Assembly: GCA_963665615.2 (NCBI GenBank)
Contig: CAXXQE010000006.1
Coordinates: forward strand, 310,001 to 374,000
Length of the DNA: 64,000 bases
Source: Syntrophales bacterium
GTDB taxonomy: Bacteria; Desulfobacterota; Syntrophia; Syntrophales; UBA4778
Direction of reading: 5' to 3'
How positions within the stretch are numbered: the stretch's first letter is position 1; every line of letters starts with the position of its first letter. Shown here in pieces: positions 1-10,955 of the stretch. The notes beneath the pieces were generated by a model. The model had not been told where the DNA came from. It saw only the letters and a list, made by a program, of their open reading frames with translations, and did no database searches. Both the position numbers and the translations under genes were made by a program.

Positions 1-1791
1 GGCGCCGTCTCGCCTCTGTTACAGACACTCGGACTCGGCTTGATCGTCCCGGGCGGCGGCTTTCTCGCATTGGGCCCCTGGGGCATTCTTGGGTTTCTGT
101 TGACCCTCATCCTCGTCATGGCGGCCATGGTTCTGTGGTTCGGCAGCGGCAACCTCTCGGCCGCCCCGCTCGTCTGGCTGGTCTCGGCTGTCATTGCGGG
201 CGCCATGGCGGGCCATGGCGTCTGGACACCGGGCCCATATATCGCCGTGGGATGCATCGGTCTCTATTTCATCCGGGGTGCAAGAACAAAAAACAAACTG
301 CTCAAAAAACACCTCGCCAAGCGCGACGAACGCCTCGGGTACGTCCCGGAAGAGCTTGCGCAAGTCAGACAGACTGCCCAACCTGAGCCGGCAGCGGGCT
401 CACTGGAACTCAGCCGCGAACAACTCCTGTTCCAGCGGGTTCTCTTCGATGAGGCCTTACAGCCCTTCGGCCAGTTCAAAGGCTATGACGACCCGGATAT
501 CTTCCAGTTCGCTGCCATTCGCTACCAGATGAACCAGGTCCAGAACACCCTGAACAACATCTTCTATCACTATACCCCCAACTTTCACGGCTACGCAGCC
601 GAAGCCCAGCGAAAAATGGTCGAGCATTACACCCACCGCCATGTCTGGGACTACTGGCGTTTGGAAAACTTCTGGGGAAATCACAGGATCGGCGCTGATC
701 CGGTGGCGGAGGAAAGCAACATCATGCTCACGGGCTGGTACGGCAACAACATTGCTCTTTATATGAAGAACACGGGCGATATGCGCTATGCCGAACCAGG
801 AAGCGTCGTTTTCCGGTTGAACAAGAAAAAGGCCTTCGACCACAGCCTCCACACCATCACCAACAATATCGTTGAAAACTGGAAAAAGGCGCCTTACTTC
901 CTCTACCCGTGCGAACCCGACATGCTCTATCCCCTCTGCAACTGGAAGGCCGTCCAATCGGTGGTGGCTTACGACAGTCTCTTCGGCACAACGCATATGG
1001 CGGAACTGATTGATCGCTTCACCACCCACTACATCGACGAATTCGTTCCGCCGTCAGGGACCCTGCCTTTCTTCATCTCGAAGGCATTCGGCTGGAACTC
1101 CATGCGCCTCACGGGAGATCTTTTTCTCTACGATGAACTCATGGTGCCGCTCTACAACACAATCCTGCCACATCTCGCCGAGGAGGCCTATACCTTTATA
1201 AGGCACGATTACTTCAAAAGGCAGGACGGACGACTCGTCGTCAGACCGGAAATGAAGATTGAAAAACAGATGGACACCGGCAATTACAAACAGGGGTGTG
1301 GATCGTCCCTTGGGGGGCTGCTCTTGGCTGCCTCCGAAATGGGCGACGCAGAAGCCGTGGCGGCCGTTACCGAAGCGCTCAATACCCATGTGGGCTATCA
1401 GGCCGAGGGCGGCGCCCTGCGCTGGAAATGCTCGAATCAAGCCCACGCAACGATCACGCAGGCGGTGACCAACTTCCGCAACGCATGGCGCACGGTCAAT
1501 GTCAGCAATCCCCTGTTCAAAACCAACCGGGGGCCGGTCTTGAGCGAGGCGAGCTACCCGGAGGTTCTCGTGGCGAAGGCCTGGAGCGACGGCCGGGCTC
1601 TGGATCTCGTTTTCTACCCCGGCGGCGAGGACGGCCTGCAACGGATTACCGTCAGCCGCCTGAAACCCAATGCGCCTTACTGCATCAAGGGACCGCAAGA
1701 AAAAACCATTCAGGCCGATGAACTGGGATGCCTCTCGGTCGTCGTCGCGTTGGCAGGCAGAACGCCGGTCCGGATCGTGCCGGTTGACTGA
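1..1791 (+). CDS. Membrane-anchored linalool isomerase / linalool dehydratase-isomerase (Lis/Ldi) family protein, 5'-truncated by the window edge
   Basis: The frame is open from base 1. Hydrophobic N-terminal helices are followed by [22 protein letters not shown] and [11 protein letters not shown], which matches the Ldi-family two-Cys segment CEPx6CN. Confidence 0.75.
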   Translation, partial: GAVSPLLQTLGLGLIVPGGGFLALGPWGILGFLLTLILVMAAMVLWFGSGNLSAAPLVWLVSAVIAGAMAGHGVWTPGPYIAVGCIGLYFIRGARTKNKLLKKHLAKRDERLGYVPEELAQVRQTAQPEPAAGSLELSREQLLFQRVLFDEALQPFGQFKGYDDPDIFQFAAIRYQMNQVQNTLNNIFYHYTPNFHGYAAEAQRKMVEHYTHRHVWDYWRLENFWGNHRIGADPVAEESNIMLTGWYGNNIALYMKNTGDMRYAEPGSVVFRLNKKKAFDHSLHTITNNIVENWKKAPYFLYPCEPDMLYPLCNWKAVQSVVAYDSLFGTTHMAELIDRFTTHYIDEFVPPSGTLPFFISKAFGWNSMRLTGDLFLYDELMVPLYNTILPHLAEEAYTFIRHDYFKRQDGRLVVRPEMKIEKQMDTGNYKQGCGSSLGGLLLAASEMGDAEAVAAVTEALNTHVGYQAEGGALRWKCSNQAHATITQAVTNFRNAWRTVNVSNPLFKTNRGPVLSEASYPEVLVAKAWSDGRALDLVFYPGGEDGLQRITVSRLKPNAPYCIKGPQEKTIQADELGCLSVVVALAGRTPVRIVPVD

Positions 1792-1792
1792 T

Positions 1793-3973
1793 ATGGCGGA
1801 AACGACGGTTACCCTCGCCGTCAGAGGGATGTCCTGTGCCGCGTGTTCTGCCCGAATCGAAAAGAAACTGCGGTCGACGCGGGGCGTTGCCGATGCCGCC
1901 GTCAATCTGCTGACGAATCGGGCAACGGTTTTTTTCGACGACGGACTGGTCGACCGAAACGCGCTGATCCGCGTCGTCTCCGATCTCGGCTATGAGGCAG
2001 AGGCGATCGCAGAGGGCGCTGCCGCTGAAGCGGCCCAATCGGACGATCGTGAAAGAGATGTCCGGCGACTGCGCGCCCTGGTGACCTTCGCCTTTGTGCT
2101 GGCCTTGCCGCTCGCAGGGATTCCCGGGCTTTCCGTCAACAATCATGTCAAGTGGCTGCTGGCGACGCCCATTCAGTTTATCGTCGGCTACCCGTTTTAT
2201 CGCGAGGCGTTTTTCGCCCTCAGGAACCGAAGCGCCAACATGTCCGTTCTGGTCGTCCTGGGCACCTCCGCCGCCTATTTCTACAGTCTGTTCCTATTGC
2301 TGCGCTTCGATCGGGCCGCGGTCTATTTCGAAACCTCGGCCATCGTCATTACGCTGGTACTCGCCGGAAAGCTGCTGGAGGCCAAGGCCAAGGGCGATAC
2401 TGGCGCAGCGATCCGCTCCCTGATGCAGCGCCAGGTCAAAACCGCCCGGGTCCTCAAGGATGGCGAGGAGCGTCTCCTGCCGATCGAAAACATCACCGTC
2501 GGGGATTGGGTCCTCATCAAGCCGGGGGAGCGAATCGCCGCCGATGGCATCGTGGTCGATGGGTATTCCCCCGTCGACGAATCGATGCTGACCGGTGAAA
2601 GCGTCCCCGTGGAAAAAAAACCCGGCGATGCGGTGGTCGGTGGCGCCGTCAACGGCAACGGCAGCCTGAAGATCAGCGTAACGCACGTCGGCAGTGACAG
2701 CGTGCTGGCACAGATCATCGGGCTCGTAGAACGCGCGCAGGGGTCTCGCGCCAATATCCAGAAGATCGCGGACCGGATCGCCGCCTATTTTATTCCTATC
2801 GTGATTGCCGTCGCGCTGATGACCCTGCTGGGCTGGTATCTTCTCCCCGCCCGTGCAACCTTTTCGACAGCACTGATCAATGCCATCGCCGTCCTGGTCG
2901 TCGCCTGCCCCTGTGCGCTGGGGCTCGCCACCCCGACCTCCGTCATGGTCGCAACGGGGAAGGCGGCGGCGTATGGCATCCTCGTCAAGGGGGGACAATA
3001 CCTCGAAGCGCTTCACAAGATTCAGGTCGTCATTTTGGACAAAACAGGAACCATCACGAGGGGCAGACCCGAGGCAACCGACGTCGTTTCTTTCGGAAAC
3101 CTCCCGACCGATAGGCTTCTGGCGCTGGCTGCAGCCGCGGAGAAGCATTCGGAGCATCCCGTTGGCGTCGCCATTGTTCGAAGGGGCACGGATGTCCTGG
3201 AGGCCATCGGGGATCCCTCGCGGTTCATCGCCCTTCCCGGACAAGGGGTGGAAGCGGTCGTGGAATCCCAGGATATCCTTATAGGAAATCGTGCCCTGCT
3301 GGCAGCCAGGGGCACCGCCGTCGAACCGTATGAAGAGGCACTGACGGGCCTTGAGGAAGAAGGCAAAACACCCATGCTGATTGCCGTGAACGGCAAGGTC
3401 GAAGGGTTGATCGCGGTGGCCGATACCCTCAAGCCCCATGCCCGCGAGGCCATCGCCGACCTGCGGCAAATGGGCATCGCCGTGGTCATGATGACGGGCG
3501 ACAACCGGAGAACCGCCGAGGCCATTGCCGCGCGGGCGGGGATCGATACGATCCTGGCCGGGGTCTTGCCCGAAGACAAGGCCAAGGAGGTGGCGGCCCT
3601 CAAATCGCAGCAGCCGGGGATGACGGCCATGGTCGGCGACGGCATCAACGACGCCCCCGCCCTCGTCACGGCCGATGTCGGCATCGCGGTGGGAACGGGC
3701 ACGGATGTGGCCATCGACGCCGCCGATATCATTCTCATGAGCGGGGATCTCCGGGGACTTGCAACGGGGATTCGATTGAGCCGGGCGACGATGAGGAATA
3801 TCCGGCAAAACCTTTTCTGGTCCTTGATTTACAATGTCTGCGGCGTCGTCGTTGCCGCCGCGGGGCTACTCAATCCCATCGTGGCAGGCGCAGCAATGTC
3901 CCTGAGTTCCGTTTCCGTCGTTCTCAATGCGCAACGATTGAACCGCTGGAAACGTCACGCCGAAGGGGGATAG
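1793..3973 (+). CDS. copA: Copper-translocating P1B-type ATPase
   Basis: ATG at 1793. Motifs: [45 protein letters not shown] and MSLSS. Confidence 0.93.
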   Translation: MAETTVTLAVRGMSCAACSARIEKKLRSTRGVADAAVNLLTNRATVFFDDGLVDRNALIRVVSDLGYEAEAIAEGAAAEAAQSDDRERDVRRLRALVTFAFVLALPLAGIPGLSVNNHVKWLLATPIQFIVGYPFYREAFFALRNRSANMSVLVVLGTSAAYFYSLFLLLRFDRAAVYFETSAIVITLVLAGKLLEAKAKGDTGAAIRSLMQRQVKTARVLKDGEERLLPIENITVGDWVLIKPGERIAADGIVVDGYSPVDESMLTGESVPVEKKPGDAVVGGAVNGNGSLKISVTHVGSDSVLAQIIGLVERAQGSRANIQKIADRIAAYFIPIVIAVALMTLLGWYLLPARATFSTALINAIAVLVVACPCALGLATPTSVMVATGKAAAYGILVKGGQYLEALHKIQVVILDKTGTITRGRPEATDVVSFGNLPTDRLLALAAAAEKHSEHPVGVAIVRRGTDVLEAIGDPSRFIALPGQGVEAVVESQDILIGNRALLAARGTAVEPYEEALTGLEEEGKTPMLIAVNGKVEGLIAVADTLKPHAREAIADLRQMGIAVVMMTGDNRRTAEAIAARAGIDTILAGVLPEDKAKEVAALKSQQPGMTAMVGDGINDAPALVTADVGIAVGTGTDVAIDAADIILMSGDLRGLATGIRLSRATMRNIRQNLFWSLIYNVCGVVVAAAGLLNPIVAGAAMSLSSVSVVLNAQRLNRWKRHAEGG

Positions 3974-3994
3974 AACAGCTCTGGAGGATTCACC

Positions 3995-4951
3995 GTGCAT
4001 CCGACCAAAACCTCTTTTTCCATCGGGAACATGCACTGCCGGGGCTGCGAGCACGTCCTGGAAAACAGCCTTGGGACTCTGCCGGGTGTTTTTTCGGTTG
4101 AGGCGAATTATGCAAAAGGCGTCCTGACCGTGACGCACGATCCTGAGCGGATCGACAGAAATACTCTGCTGCAAAGCATCCGTGAGGCCGGATATCTTGC
4201 GGATACGAGCGGACGACGCGCCCCGTATTTCGGACTTGCCGTCCTGGCTGTTATGATCCTCGCGCTGGGACTTTGGTTTCACCCCGGCGGTGCCCTCAAG
4301 AACATGATGCAGCACGACGTAACCTTGGGACTCCTCTTTTTGGTCGGGCTGCTGACCGGCGTTCACTGCGTGGGCATGTGCGGCGGGATGATGTTGGCCT
4401 GCCTGCCGACGAAGACCGATTGCGTAAAAGCGGCCTTTCTCCCGTCCGTCACATACAATATCACCCGCTGTCTGTGTTACGCCCTCACGGGCACAGCCCT
4501 GGGCGCCATCGGTGGGACGCTGTCCGTCACCCCCAATACAAGGGCCGGGATCATGATCTTTTCGGCGATCCTGATGATCGCGATGGGCCTTAACATGCTG
4601 GGGTTGAAGCTGTTCGGAGGCGTTTTCTCATGGAAGGCCCGCTGGACAAACAGACTCAAAACCTGCTCGCCAGTAGCGCTGGGCATTCTGACCGCTTTTT
4701 TCCCCTGCGGTCCCTTACAGATGATTCAGGTCTATGCGCTGGGAACCGGCAGCGCGCTGGCGGGGGGCCTCGGCATGCTGATCTTTGCCCTGGGAACGGT
4801 TCCAGCAATGATGGCCGTCGGAATCAGTTCGAGCCTGATCAGAAGACGATACGACAAGCTGCTGCTGAATCTGACAGGCCTGCTGATCGTCGTGCTCGGA
4901 CTGATGCTGCTCAAAACCGGCGCGGGAAAAATCGGCCTCCACGCCGGATGA
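3995..4951 (+). CDS. HMA domain + DsbD_2/TauE-SafE-like membrane protein (copper-associated)
   Basis: N-terminal MHCRGC HMA motif, then HCVGMCGG and FPCGPLQ within several transmembrane helices. Lies directly after copA. Confidence 0.8.
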   Translation: MHPTKTSFSIGNMHCRGCEHVLENSLGTLPGVFSVEANYAKGVLTVTHDPERIDRNTLLQSIREAGYLADTSGRRAPYFGLAVLAVMILALGLWFHPGGALKNMMQHDVTLGLLFLVGLLTGVHCVGMCGGMMLACLPTKTDCVKAAFLPSVTYNITRCLCYALTGTALGAIGGTLSVTPNTRAGIMIFSAILMIAMGLNMLGLKLFGGVFSWKARWTNRLKTCSPVALGILTAFFPCGPLQMIQVYALGTGSALAGGLGMLIFALGTVPAMMAVGISSSLIRRRYDKLLLNLTGLLIVVLGLMLLKTGAGKIGLHAG

Positions 4952-4989
4952 TGTTGCTATTAAAACAATCAGTCCTGCAAGGTCCCGCC

Positions 4990-5481
4990 TTACTTCGATT
5001 TCAAGGCGGCCTTCCGAAAATGCTCTTGCAGAGAAGGGTCGCGCAACAATAGATCATAGTACCGCTCGGTAATAATATACATGGCGTAATCGAAGATGAG
5101 GATCGTCCGGTTCAGACACGCAATGGCCTGGTGCTGCTCGAGCGGCGTAATGAAAATTGCCTGAAATTCGGCGAATAGCCACAACTGGCGCCGCATCAGA
5201 ATCAGGGCATAGAGGGCCTCATGCATGGGAACGAGATCTGTAAAACACTGGTCGGCGTACTTGGTGAAAATCTTCCTGGCAGATTCGAAGACATTGTCCG
5301 TAAAGAAGAGACTCCGCATGTTCCTGTAAAAGGTTACGGCCTGGTGAATGGCGTCCTCTTCAGGAACGTCACGATAGGATGGCATTTTAGGGTTCTTCCG
5401 GACATTGAGGTACCATTCTCTGGCAATGGTTTCCGCATGTGCTTCCGTCAGATCAATCAACTTGGTTTCGAATGAACTCAT
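4990..5481 (-). CDS. Hypothetical helical protein (possibly RsbRD N-terminal-like)
   Basis: 163-aa ORF with an AAGGAG RBS and protein-like composition. The family call is tentative. Confidence 0.6.
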   Translation of the reverse strand: MSSFETKLIDLTEAHAETIAREWYLNVRKNPKMPSYRDVPEEDAIHQAVTFYRNMRSLFFTDNVFESARKIFTKYADQCFTDLVPMHEALYALILMRRQLWLFAEFQAIFITPLEQHQAIACLNRTILIFDYAMYIITERYYDLLLRDPSLQEHFRKAALKSK

Positions 5482-5625
5482 TTTCCAGATCTCCTTTCAT
5501 GTCCGTTGTTGTCAGAACGTCAGCAATCCATGATTAAACCATATCACATTGCGAAAAATCTGCAACACCCGCCCGAAGAGCATTCGGAAGCAACGATCGA
5601 TATCGGATGCGGGTGGAACGACTCT

Positions 5626-6522
5626 TTATTCCGATTTAGCATCCTCTCTCATAGCCTCAAATCCCGAGACGATATCCAGGAGTTCCTCTGTGATCGTCAT
5701 CTGTCGCTGCACGTGATACAGGCGGTGCAGTTCCTCCAGACGTTCTTCAATATTTTTCTCCGCCCCCTGCATCGCCATGAGCCGGCTTGCATTTTCGCTG
5801 GCCAACGATTCGGCAAAGGCACGATAGACATTGACAAAGAGATATTCCCGGATAAGCCCGGCAAACAGGGCGTCCAATGACATCCGAAAAGTCGGCAGCG
5901 TCCTCGACTTCCATGTTTTCGCCTGCAACTGCTTCAGCCACGCCTCATCGACGGGAAGCAGACGCAGCGTACGCGGACGAAAAGACGATACGGTTACATA
6001 CTCGTTGTAAAAGAGGAACACATGGCGAATATTCTCCTCAAAATGCCACTCCTCCAGAATCAGGATCAGATCCTGAACCAGGGGGGTAATGCCGCTCACC
6101 GAACCCGGCATTGTCAGAACCTCCAGAACGCTGTGCCCTGCATCTTCCAGTAACGCGCCAATCCGCCATCCGGCTGCAATCAGATAACACCTGTCTGCCG
6201 GAACGCCAAGGCCCGCCCTCTCCTCCAGGGCGTGCGATACAATCTGTTCATTCAATTGACCGCACAACCCCTGATCGGAACCGAAGACGATGCATCCCAT
6301 CCGGTTCGACGCTTGAGCGCCCCCTTTTACAACCTGATCGGTACGCTGCCGCAGTGCGACCTGCAGTCCCATCTCCACCGTGCGGTTATAGTCGACCAGG
6401 GACTCGACTGCACGCTGGTACTGCCGGATGCTGACGGCGGCAAGGGCCTTCATGGTCTTAACGACCGACTGGAGTTCTTCCGCACTTTTAATTTTTCGCT
6501 TCAGTGTTTCCATTGTCTGCAT
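5626..6522 (-). CDS. atpG: N-type ATPase gamma subunit
   Basis: [28 protein letters not shown] and [15 protein letters not shown] motifs. Confidence 0.95.
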   Translation of the reverse strand: MQTMETLKRKIKSAEELQSVVKTMKALAAVSIRQYQRAVESLVDYNRTVEMGLQVALRQRTDQVVKGGAQASNRMGCIVFGSDQGLCGQLNEQIVSHALEERAGLGVPADRCYLIAAGWRIGALLEDAGHSVLEVLTMPGSVSGITPLVQDLILILEEWHFEENIRHVFLFYNEYVTVSSFRPRTLRLLPVDEAWLKQLQAKTWKSRTLPTFRMSLDALFAGLIREYLFVNVYRAFAESLASENASRLMAMQGAEKNIEERLEELHRLYHVQRQMTITEELLDIVSGFEAMREDAKSE

Positions 6523-8050
6523 GACGAATGGCCCTTTCGGCTGCAGTCAGAAACCGATCCAACGCCTCTGAACGGATCGCTTCCCCCGCATCGATCCGTC
6601 GACAATCGTCCGGCAGACTCTGAAGCACTTCCTTACGGACGGACTCTTCAGCAGCCCCTATCTTTTCGACCGGCAACGAATCCATCATGCCGTGTGTCAC
6701 GGCCAAAAGCGCCGCAATCTGCTCCGATACGGTCAACGTCTGGTACTGCGGCTGCTTGAGAATTTCACGGATACGCCAGCCGCGCTCCAGGATTTGGCGG
6801 GTATGCTCGTCGAGGCGTGTCCCGAAGCGCGAAAAAGATTCCAGTTCCTCGAACTGTGCATAAGACAGGCGCATCTCCCCGGCGACGGCGCGATAGGCCG
6901 GCAGTTGGGCCTGGCCCCCGACACGGGAAACCGACTTGCCGACATCAACGGCCGGCAGGATCCCCTTTTGAAAGAGCCTCGGCGTCAGATAGATCTGACC
7001 GTCGGTAATGGAGATGAGATTGGTGGGAATATAGGACGAAATATCCTGCGCCTCTGTCTCCGCGATCGGCAGCGCTGTCAGCGATCCCCCGCCCCGTTCC
7101 TCGCGCAGGTGGGTCGAGCGTTCGAGCATCCGGGAATGAATGTAGAAGATATCCCCTGGAAACGCCTCGCGCCCCGGCGGCCGCCGAAGCAGAAGCGACA
7201 GCTCTCTGTAGGCCCGCGCATGGCGTGTGAGATCATCATAGACAATCAGCACGTCGCCGCCCCGTTCCATGAAATATTCCCCCATGGTCGTTGCGGCATA
7301 GGGTGCAATAAACTGCAGCCCCGGCGGATCCTCTCCCGTCGCTGCTACGACAATCGAGTAGGCCAGGGCATCTCTGGCTTCCAGCTCGGCGATCACCTTG
7401 GCGATATCCGAAGCCTGCTTGGCGATTGCGCAGTAGATGCAGATCACGTTCCTGCCCTTCTGGTTGATCATTGCATCCACGGCAATGGCCGTTTTTCCCG
7501 TCTGACGGTCCCCTAAAATCAATTCCCGCTGTCCTCGTCCCACAGGGATGAGGGCATCGACCACCTTGATCCCCGTCTGGAGCGGAACAGTTACGGGCGC
7601 CCTGGCCATAACGGGCGGTGCGGGCCTTTCAACAGGTAGACGTCTCAGAGCGCGAATCTCTCCATGGTGATCACGCGGACGTCCCAGCGGATCGACAACA
7701 CGACCGAGAAGACTTTCCCCAACCGGTACGTCGAGTACGCGTTCTGTACGGCGAATTTCCTGACCGGCCCGAAGGTGCTCGGCGTTATCGAGCAGAACGA
7801 CCCCGATTTCACGGGGATCGATATTGAAGACAAGGCCGAACAGATCGCCTCTGAAACGGACCACCTCCTCGGCACGCACATGAGGCAATCCTGTGGCCCG
7901 GACAATGCCGTGTCCCACGTAATTGAGAACCCCGACCTCTCGCAACGCCAGCGCCGGTCTTGGCTCCTCCAAGATTCGGTCGAGCGTCGCGAAGAGCCCC
8001 TCGAGCATCCCGCCCACTTCCCGCTGCGATGTCGCCGTCGTCGTCTCCAT
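6488..8050 (-). CDS. atpA: N-type ATPase alpha subunit
   Basis: [37 protein letters not shown] and SVSRVGG motifs. Confidence 0.96.
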   Translation of the reverse strand: METTTATSQREVGGMLEGLFATLDRILEEPRPALALREVGVLNYVGHGIVRATGLPHVRAEEVVRFRGDLFGLVFNIDPREIGVVLLDNAEHLRAGQEIRRTERVLDVPVGESLLGRVVDPLGRPRDHHGEIRALRRLPVERPAPPVMARAPVTVPLQTGIKVVDALIPVGRGQRELILGDRQTGKTAIAVDAMINQKGRNVICIYCAIAKQASDIAKVIAELEARDALAYSIVVAATGEDPPGLQFIAPYAATTMGEYFMERGGDVLIVYDDLTRHARAYRELSLLLRRPPGREAFPGDIFYIHSRMLERSTHLREERGGGSLTALPIAETEAQDISSYIPTNLISITDGQIYLTPRLFQKGILPAVDVGKSVSRVGGQAQLPAYRAVAGEMRLSYAQFEELESFSRFGTRLDEHTRQILERGWRIREILKQPQYQTLTVSEQIAALLAVTHGMMDSLPVEKIGAAEESVRKEVLQSLPDDCRRIDAGEAIRSEALDRFLTAAERAIRHADNGNTEAKN

Positions 8051-8073
8051 ACCTCATCCTTTGAAAGACCTGA

Positions 8074-8093
8074 TTCCCGCCAGCGCGGGAATG
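8074..8093. repeat. dRS3-like short palindrome ATTCCC-N8-GGGAAT
   Basis: attcccgccagcgcgggaat in the atpF-atpA spacer. Confidence 0.55.
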
Positions 8094-8253
8094 ACGGATC
8101 CGGTTATGCATTTACGTGGAAAATACTTTATAAACGGTCTCATAATAATGTTCTCAACAGGGGCAACATCGCGGCCCCAGAAAGTTTCACTTCTGACGGC
8201 CCCGTAAAACGCCTACCATAAAACAAGAGCATTGCGAGACGGGTCTCGAACGC

Positions 8254-8371
8254 GAATTCGTTAGCGAGCGCATTCCCCGCTGCTTGCGGCGGGACAAGCG
8301 AGCGCATCAGAACTGACGATCTACCCTGGGAATCGGAGATTCGCCGGAGCTTGCTCCGGTGAGTCTCCAAT
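8254..8371 (-). repeat. REP/MITE-like family A, long copy
   Basis: The reverse complement matches 23462-23579 and 59412-59557 (attgRagactcaccgg...gctccggcgaatYtccgattccca.ggtag...cgctcgctt.cccgcc.c.agcagc...gaattc). Confidence 0.8.
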
Positions 8372-8537
8372 CAAAGATTTTTCCGTTTCACCGGTCACGG
8401 CATCATGGCACTGAACATGACCGGAAAAAGATTTCTGAGCGGGAGAGCGCCATCCCGCGATCCCCCTCCCATCTTCCATCCAAGTCAGCACATTTCGACT
8501 TATTACAAAACCGTCACTCATTACCCGTCACCTGCCG

Positions 8538-9308
8538 CTACCCCTGGTCCCTCGCTTCCTCCTGTAACGCTCTCGTAAAGCTTTCGTCGAGATGTTCGAG
8601 ATAATCATTCAGACTCCAGGCGATTTTGTGACCTGGCGTCCTCAATTCAATTCCGGCCAGAATATCCTCGGAGGTCTCATAGGTCGCACTGACCGCTCTG
8701 CCCGCATACTGGTTTAGCGCCAATGCCAAACGATCCCGGCTCCCGGAAGACAGGGGAAAAGCGCTCTGAACCACGACCTGCCCCTGCCCCGCCGTTTCCG
8801 AGAAAAGGTCCCGAACGGCCTGCCCCTCGCCTTTTGCCATCGTCCGGATGAAGGCATCGACTATCTGTTCCTCGACATCCGCATCCGCGAGATCTCCCAG
8901 GACGCGTTTTGCGATGGCATAAACCTGACGACCGGCACGCTGCCGGAGCTCTTGGATAAAAGCATCCTTTTCATGAAGGATTGTTTCCTGCCAGCGTATC
9001 TTGATTTCCGCAACCTCACGACGCGCCTGATCAAGCATGGCCTTGCGGCGTTCACCGACATCCGCCACGACCTGTTTCATCCGCTCCTCGTATGCCTCGG
9101 CCAGTGAGACGTTTTTCTGGTCATACTCCTTAATCGCGGCGTCGAGCGTGGCACGCTTCTGATCGACTTCGTCGAACCCCTCGGCAATGCGCTTCTGTCG
9201 TTCATCCATGGCCCGGATAATGCGGCCGTAAAGGAAGTGCTTCAGGAGAAACACCAGGATGAGAAAATTGACGATCTGGGCAAAAAAAACGAACCAGTCG
9301 ATATGCAT
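8538..9308 (-). CDS. atpF: N-type ATPase b subunit (long b/delta-like fusion)
   Basis: Starts MHIDWFVFFAQIVNFLILVFLLKHFLY, followed by a coiled coil and a delta-like C-terminus (ILAGIEL...AWSL..YL). ATG at 9308. Confidence 0.93.
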   Translation of the reverse strand: MHIDWFVFFAQIVNFLILVFLLKHFLYGRIIRAMDERQKRIAEGFDEVDQKRATLDAAIKEYDQKNVSLAEAYEERMKQVVADVGERRKAMLDQARREVAEIKIRWQETILHEKDAFIQELRQRAGRQVYAIAKRVLGDLADADVEEQIVDAFIRTMAKGEGQAVRDLFSETAGQGQVVVQSAFPLSSGSRDRLALALNQYAGRAVSATYETSEDILAGIELRTPGHKIAWSLNDYLEHLDESFTRALQEEARDQG

Positions 9309-9310
9309 GT

Positions 9311-9589
9311 TTATCCTCCCGCCTTCTTGACGATATAGCCCCAAAAGGGATTGGCAAAGACGAGGATCATGGCGATGACGAAACAATAGATGGCAATGGA
9401 CTCGATCATGGCCAGACCGACAAAGAGAGTCCGGGTCAGCGCATTTCGTTCATCCGGTTGCTGGGCCATGGCGCCCAAAGCTGCCTGAACGGCCCTTCCC
9501 TGTCCGAGGGCCGGGCCCAGGGCGCCGATCGCCATACAGAATCCTGCCGTGACAATGGAAGCCAGCGCAACGATACTGATGTTATCCAT
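9311..9589 (-). CDS. atpE: N-type ATPase c subunit
   Basis: GALGPALGQG, AQQPD and LAMIESIAIY in a two-helix hairpin. Confidence 0.95.
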   Translation of the reverse strand: MDNISIVALASIVTAGFCMAIGALGPALGQGRAVQAALGAMAQQPDERNALTRTLFVGLAMIESIAIYCFVIAMILVFANPFWGYIVKKAGG

Positions 9590-9605
9590 AGGTCCTTTTT
9601 CCTTT

Positions 9606-10334
9606 CTATTTTATCTTGGACGGCTCACGCTCCGGTTGCTGCGCCGTCTTTTCGCGTGCCTGCGTAGCCGAGGCGATATAGACCATGGCCAGAATGGCGA
9701 AAATGTATGCCTGAATCAGACCGATCAAGAGACCAAGCATCTGCATGAGCACCGGAAAAAACAGCGGCGTCACGGCCAGAAGGATAGCCACGACCTTTTC
9801 GTGGCTCATGATATTCCCGAAGAGTCTCACCATCAGGGCCAGTGTCCTCGACAATTCTCCCATGATATGGAACGGCAAGAAGAATATGGTCGGAGTGAAA
9901 TATTCCTTGAAATAATGACGCCACCCCTGTTTCGAAATGCCGTAAACCGGAACAGCGATAAAGACACAGACGGCCAACGCGGCCGTTGAGGTGAGGGAAC
10001 TGGTGGGCGCGACGTAGCCAGGAACAATCACAAGCAGATTGGCCAGTCCGATAAATAGGAAGAGCGTCCCGATGAGCGGCAGATACTTGACTGCGTCATC
10101 TCCGCTGATTTCGCCTATTTCCTTAAGGATCGCCGATACGACGACCTCCAGGAAGTTCTGCCAACGGGAAACTTGGCTGCCGCTCGACAGCCTGCGTGTC
10201 ACCAGATAGGAAATGGCCACAAGAATCCCCATCACCAGCCACGTATAGACCAGTGTCGCGTTGATCGTTAGAAAACCCCAGGACCAGAAGACCACCTGGT
10301 CCGGGCTGATCTGACTGATTGTCATGAGCTCCAT
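9606..10334 (-). CDS. atpB: N-type ATPase a subunit
   Basis: SRTLALMVRLFGNI and GLIQAYIFAILAMVYI motifs. Confidence 0.95.
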   Translation of the reverse strand: MELMTISQISPDQVVFWSWGFLTINATLVYTWLVMGILVAISYLVTRRLSSGSQVSRWQNFLEVVVSAILKEIGEISGDDAVKYLPLIGTLFLFIGLANLLVIVPGYVAPTSSLTSTAALAVCVFIAVPVYGISKQGWRHYFKEYFTPTIFFLPFHIMGELSRTLALMVRLFGNIMSHEKVVAILLAVTPLFFPVLMQMLGLLIGLIQAYIFAILAMVYIASATQAREKTAQQPEREPSKIK

Positions 10335-10636
10335 GTTGCCTTCCGAATATCCGCTCGACAGAATCGGCGTAAATAGATTTCACGCATCACCATGAATCCG
10401 AGCATGGCCAAGGCAAGCCGGGTCCATTTCCCTCCCATGACGAGGTAGAACCCCGTCAGCAGCGCCAACATGCGAAATACAAAACTCCCCAGCACAAAGG
10501 CCAGCGGATGGCGGGACAGAGCGAAACGCTTCACCGTCGCCCAGAGCATCCGGAAATAGAGCAGCGCCAATCCCATCCCGACCAGAAAAGAAACGCCCAG
10601 CATCAATGAATAACTGTTTACGTGCCATTCATTCAT
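10322..10636 (-). CDS. atpR: N-ATPase AtpR membrane subunit
   Basis: Small three-helix protein (LYFRMLWATV, SFVFRM, GFMVMR) at the atpR position of atpDCQRBEFAG. Confidence 0.85.
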   Translation of the reverse strand: MNEWHVNSYSLMLGVSFLVGMGLALLYFRMLWATVKRFALSRHPLAFVLGSFVFRMLALLTGFYLVMGGKWTRLALAMLGFMVMREIYLRRFCRADIRKATWSS

Positions 10637-10955
10637 CTTTGCTCATCCCCGCTTTTTTGACCCAGTACCAGGCATTGATACATCCAAGCATCACCCCGCC
10701 GATCAACAACATAAGCGTCCAGGAAAAACGGCTGGGCCATATGCGATCGATCCAGATGCCCAGGGCCACACCCGCCAAAGCGGGAATGGCCACAGACCAG
10801 CCCACGACGCCAAAAACCCCAAGGCCGAGCCAGACGACATGGTCCGCTTGACGCTGCGCCCTGATTTTCAGCGCCTCACGGCGAGCGATGTGTCTGGCGA
10901 ATCTTTCCGCAGCGGATCGACGCCTGTCTTTAGAGTCAAGCTGTTTTTCAGACAT
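10629..10955 (-). CDS. atpQ: N-ATPase AtpQ (AtpZ/AtpI family)
   Basis: WLGLGVFGVVGWSVAIP..G..LGIWID...SWTLMLL..G...GCINAWYWV, plus operon position. Confidence 0.88.
   Translation of the reverse strand: MSEKQLDSKDRRRSAAERFARHIARREALKIRAQRQADHVVWLGLGVFGVVGWSVAIPALAGVALGIWIDRIWPSRFSWTLMLLIGGVMLGCINAWYWVKKAGMSKDE

Noticed and set aside
1670..1792. 41-aa N-terminal extension of CopA in the ORF track
   Set aside because: It overlaps the upstream gene, and the HMA domain begins at ATG 1793.
2294..3808. Long antisense ORFs (e.g. 504 aa here, also 11710-12846, 28131-29159, 46323-47750, 61594-62634)
   Set aside because: These are shadow frames opposite well-supported genes in GC-rich DNA, with no recognisable motifs.
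8140..8370. Similar short ORFs METHRSKLRRISDSQG (8140-8370) and MKTHRRKLRRISDSQG (23463-23771)
   Set aside because: The similarity comes from translating repeat family A, not from a protein family.
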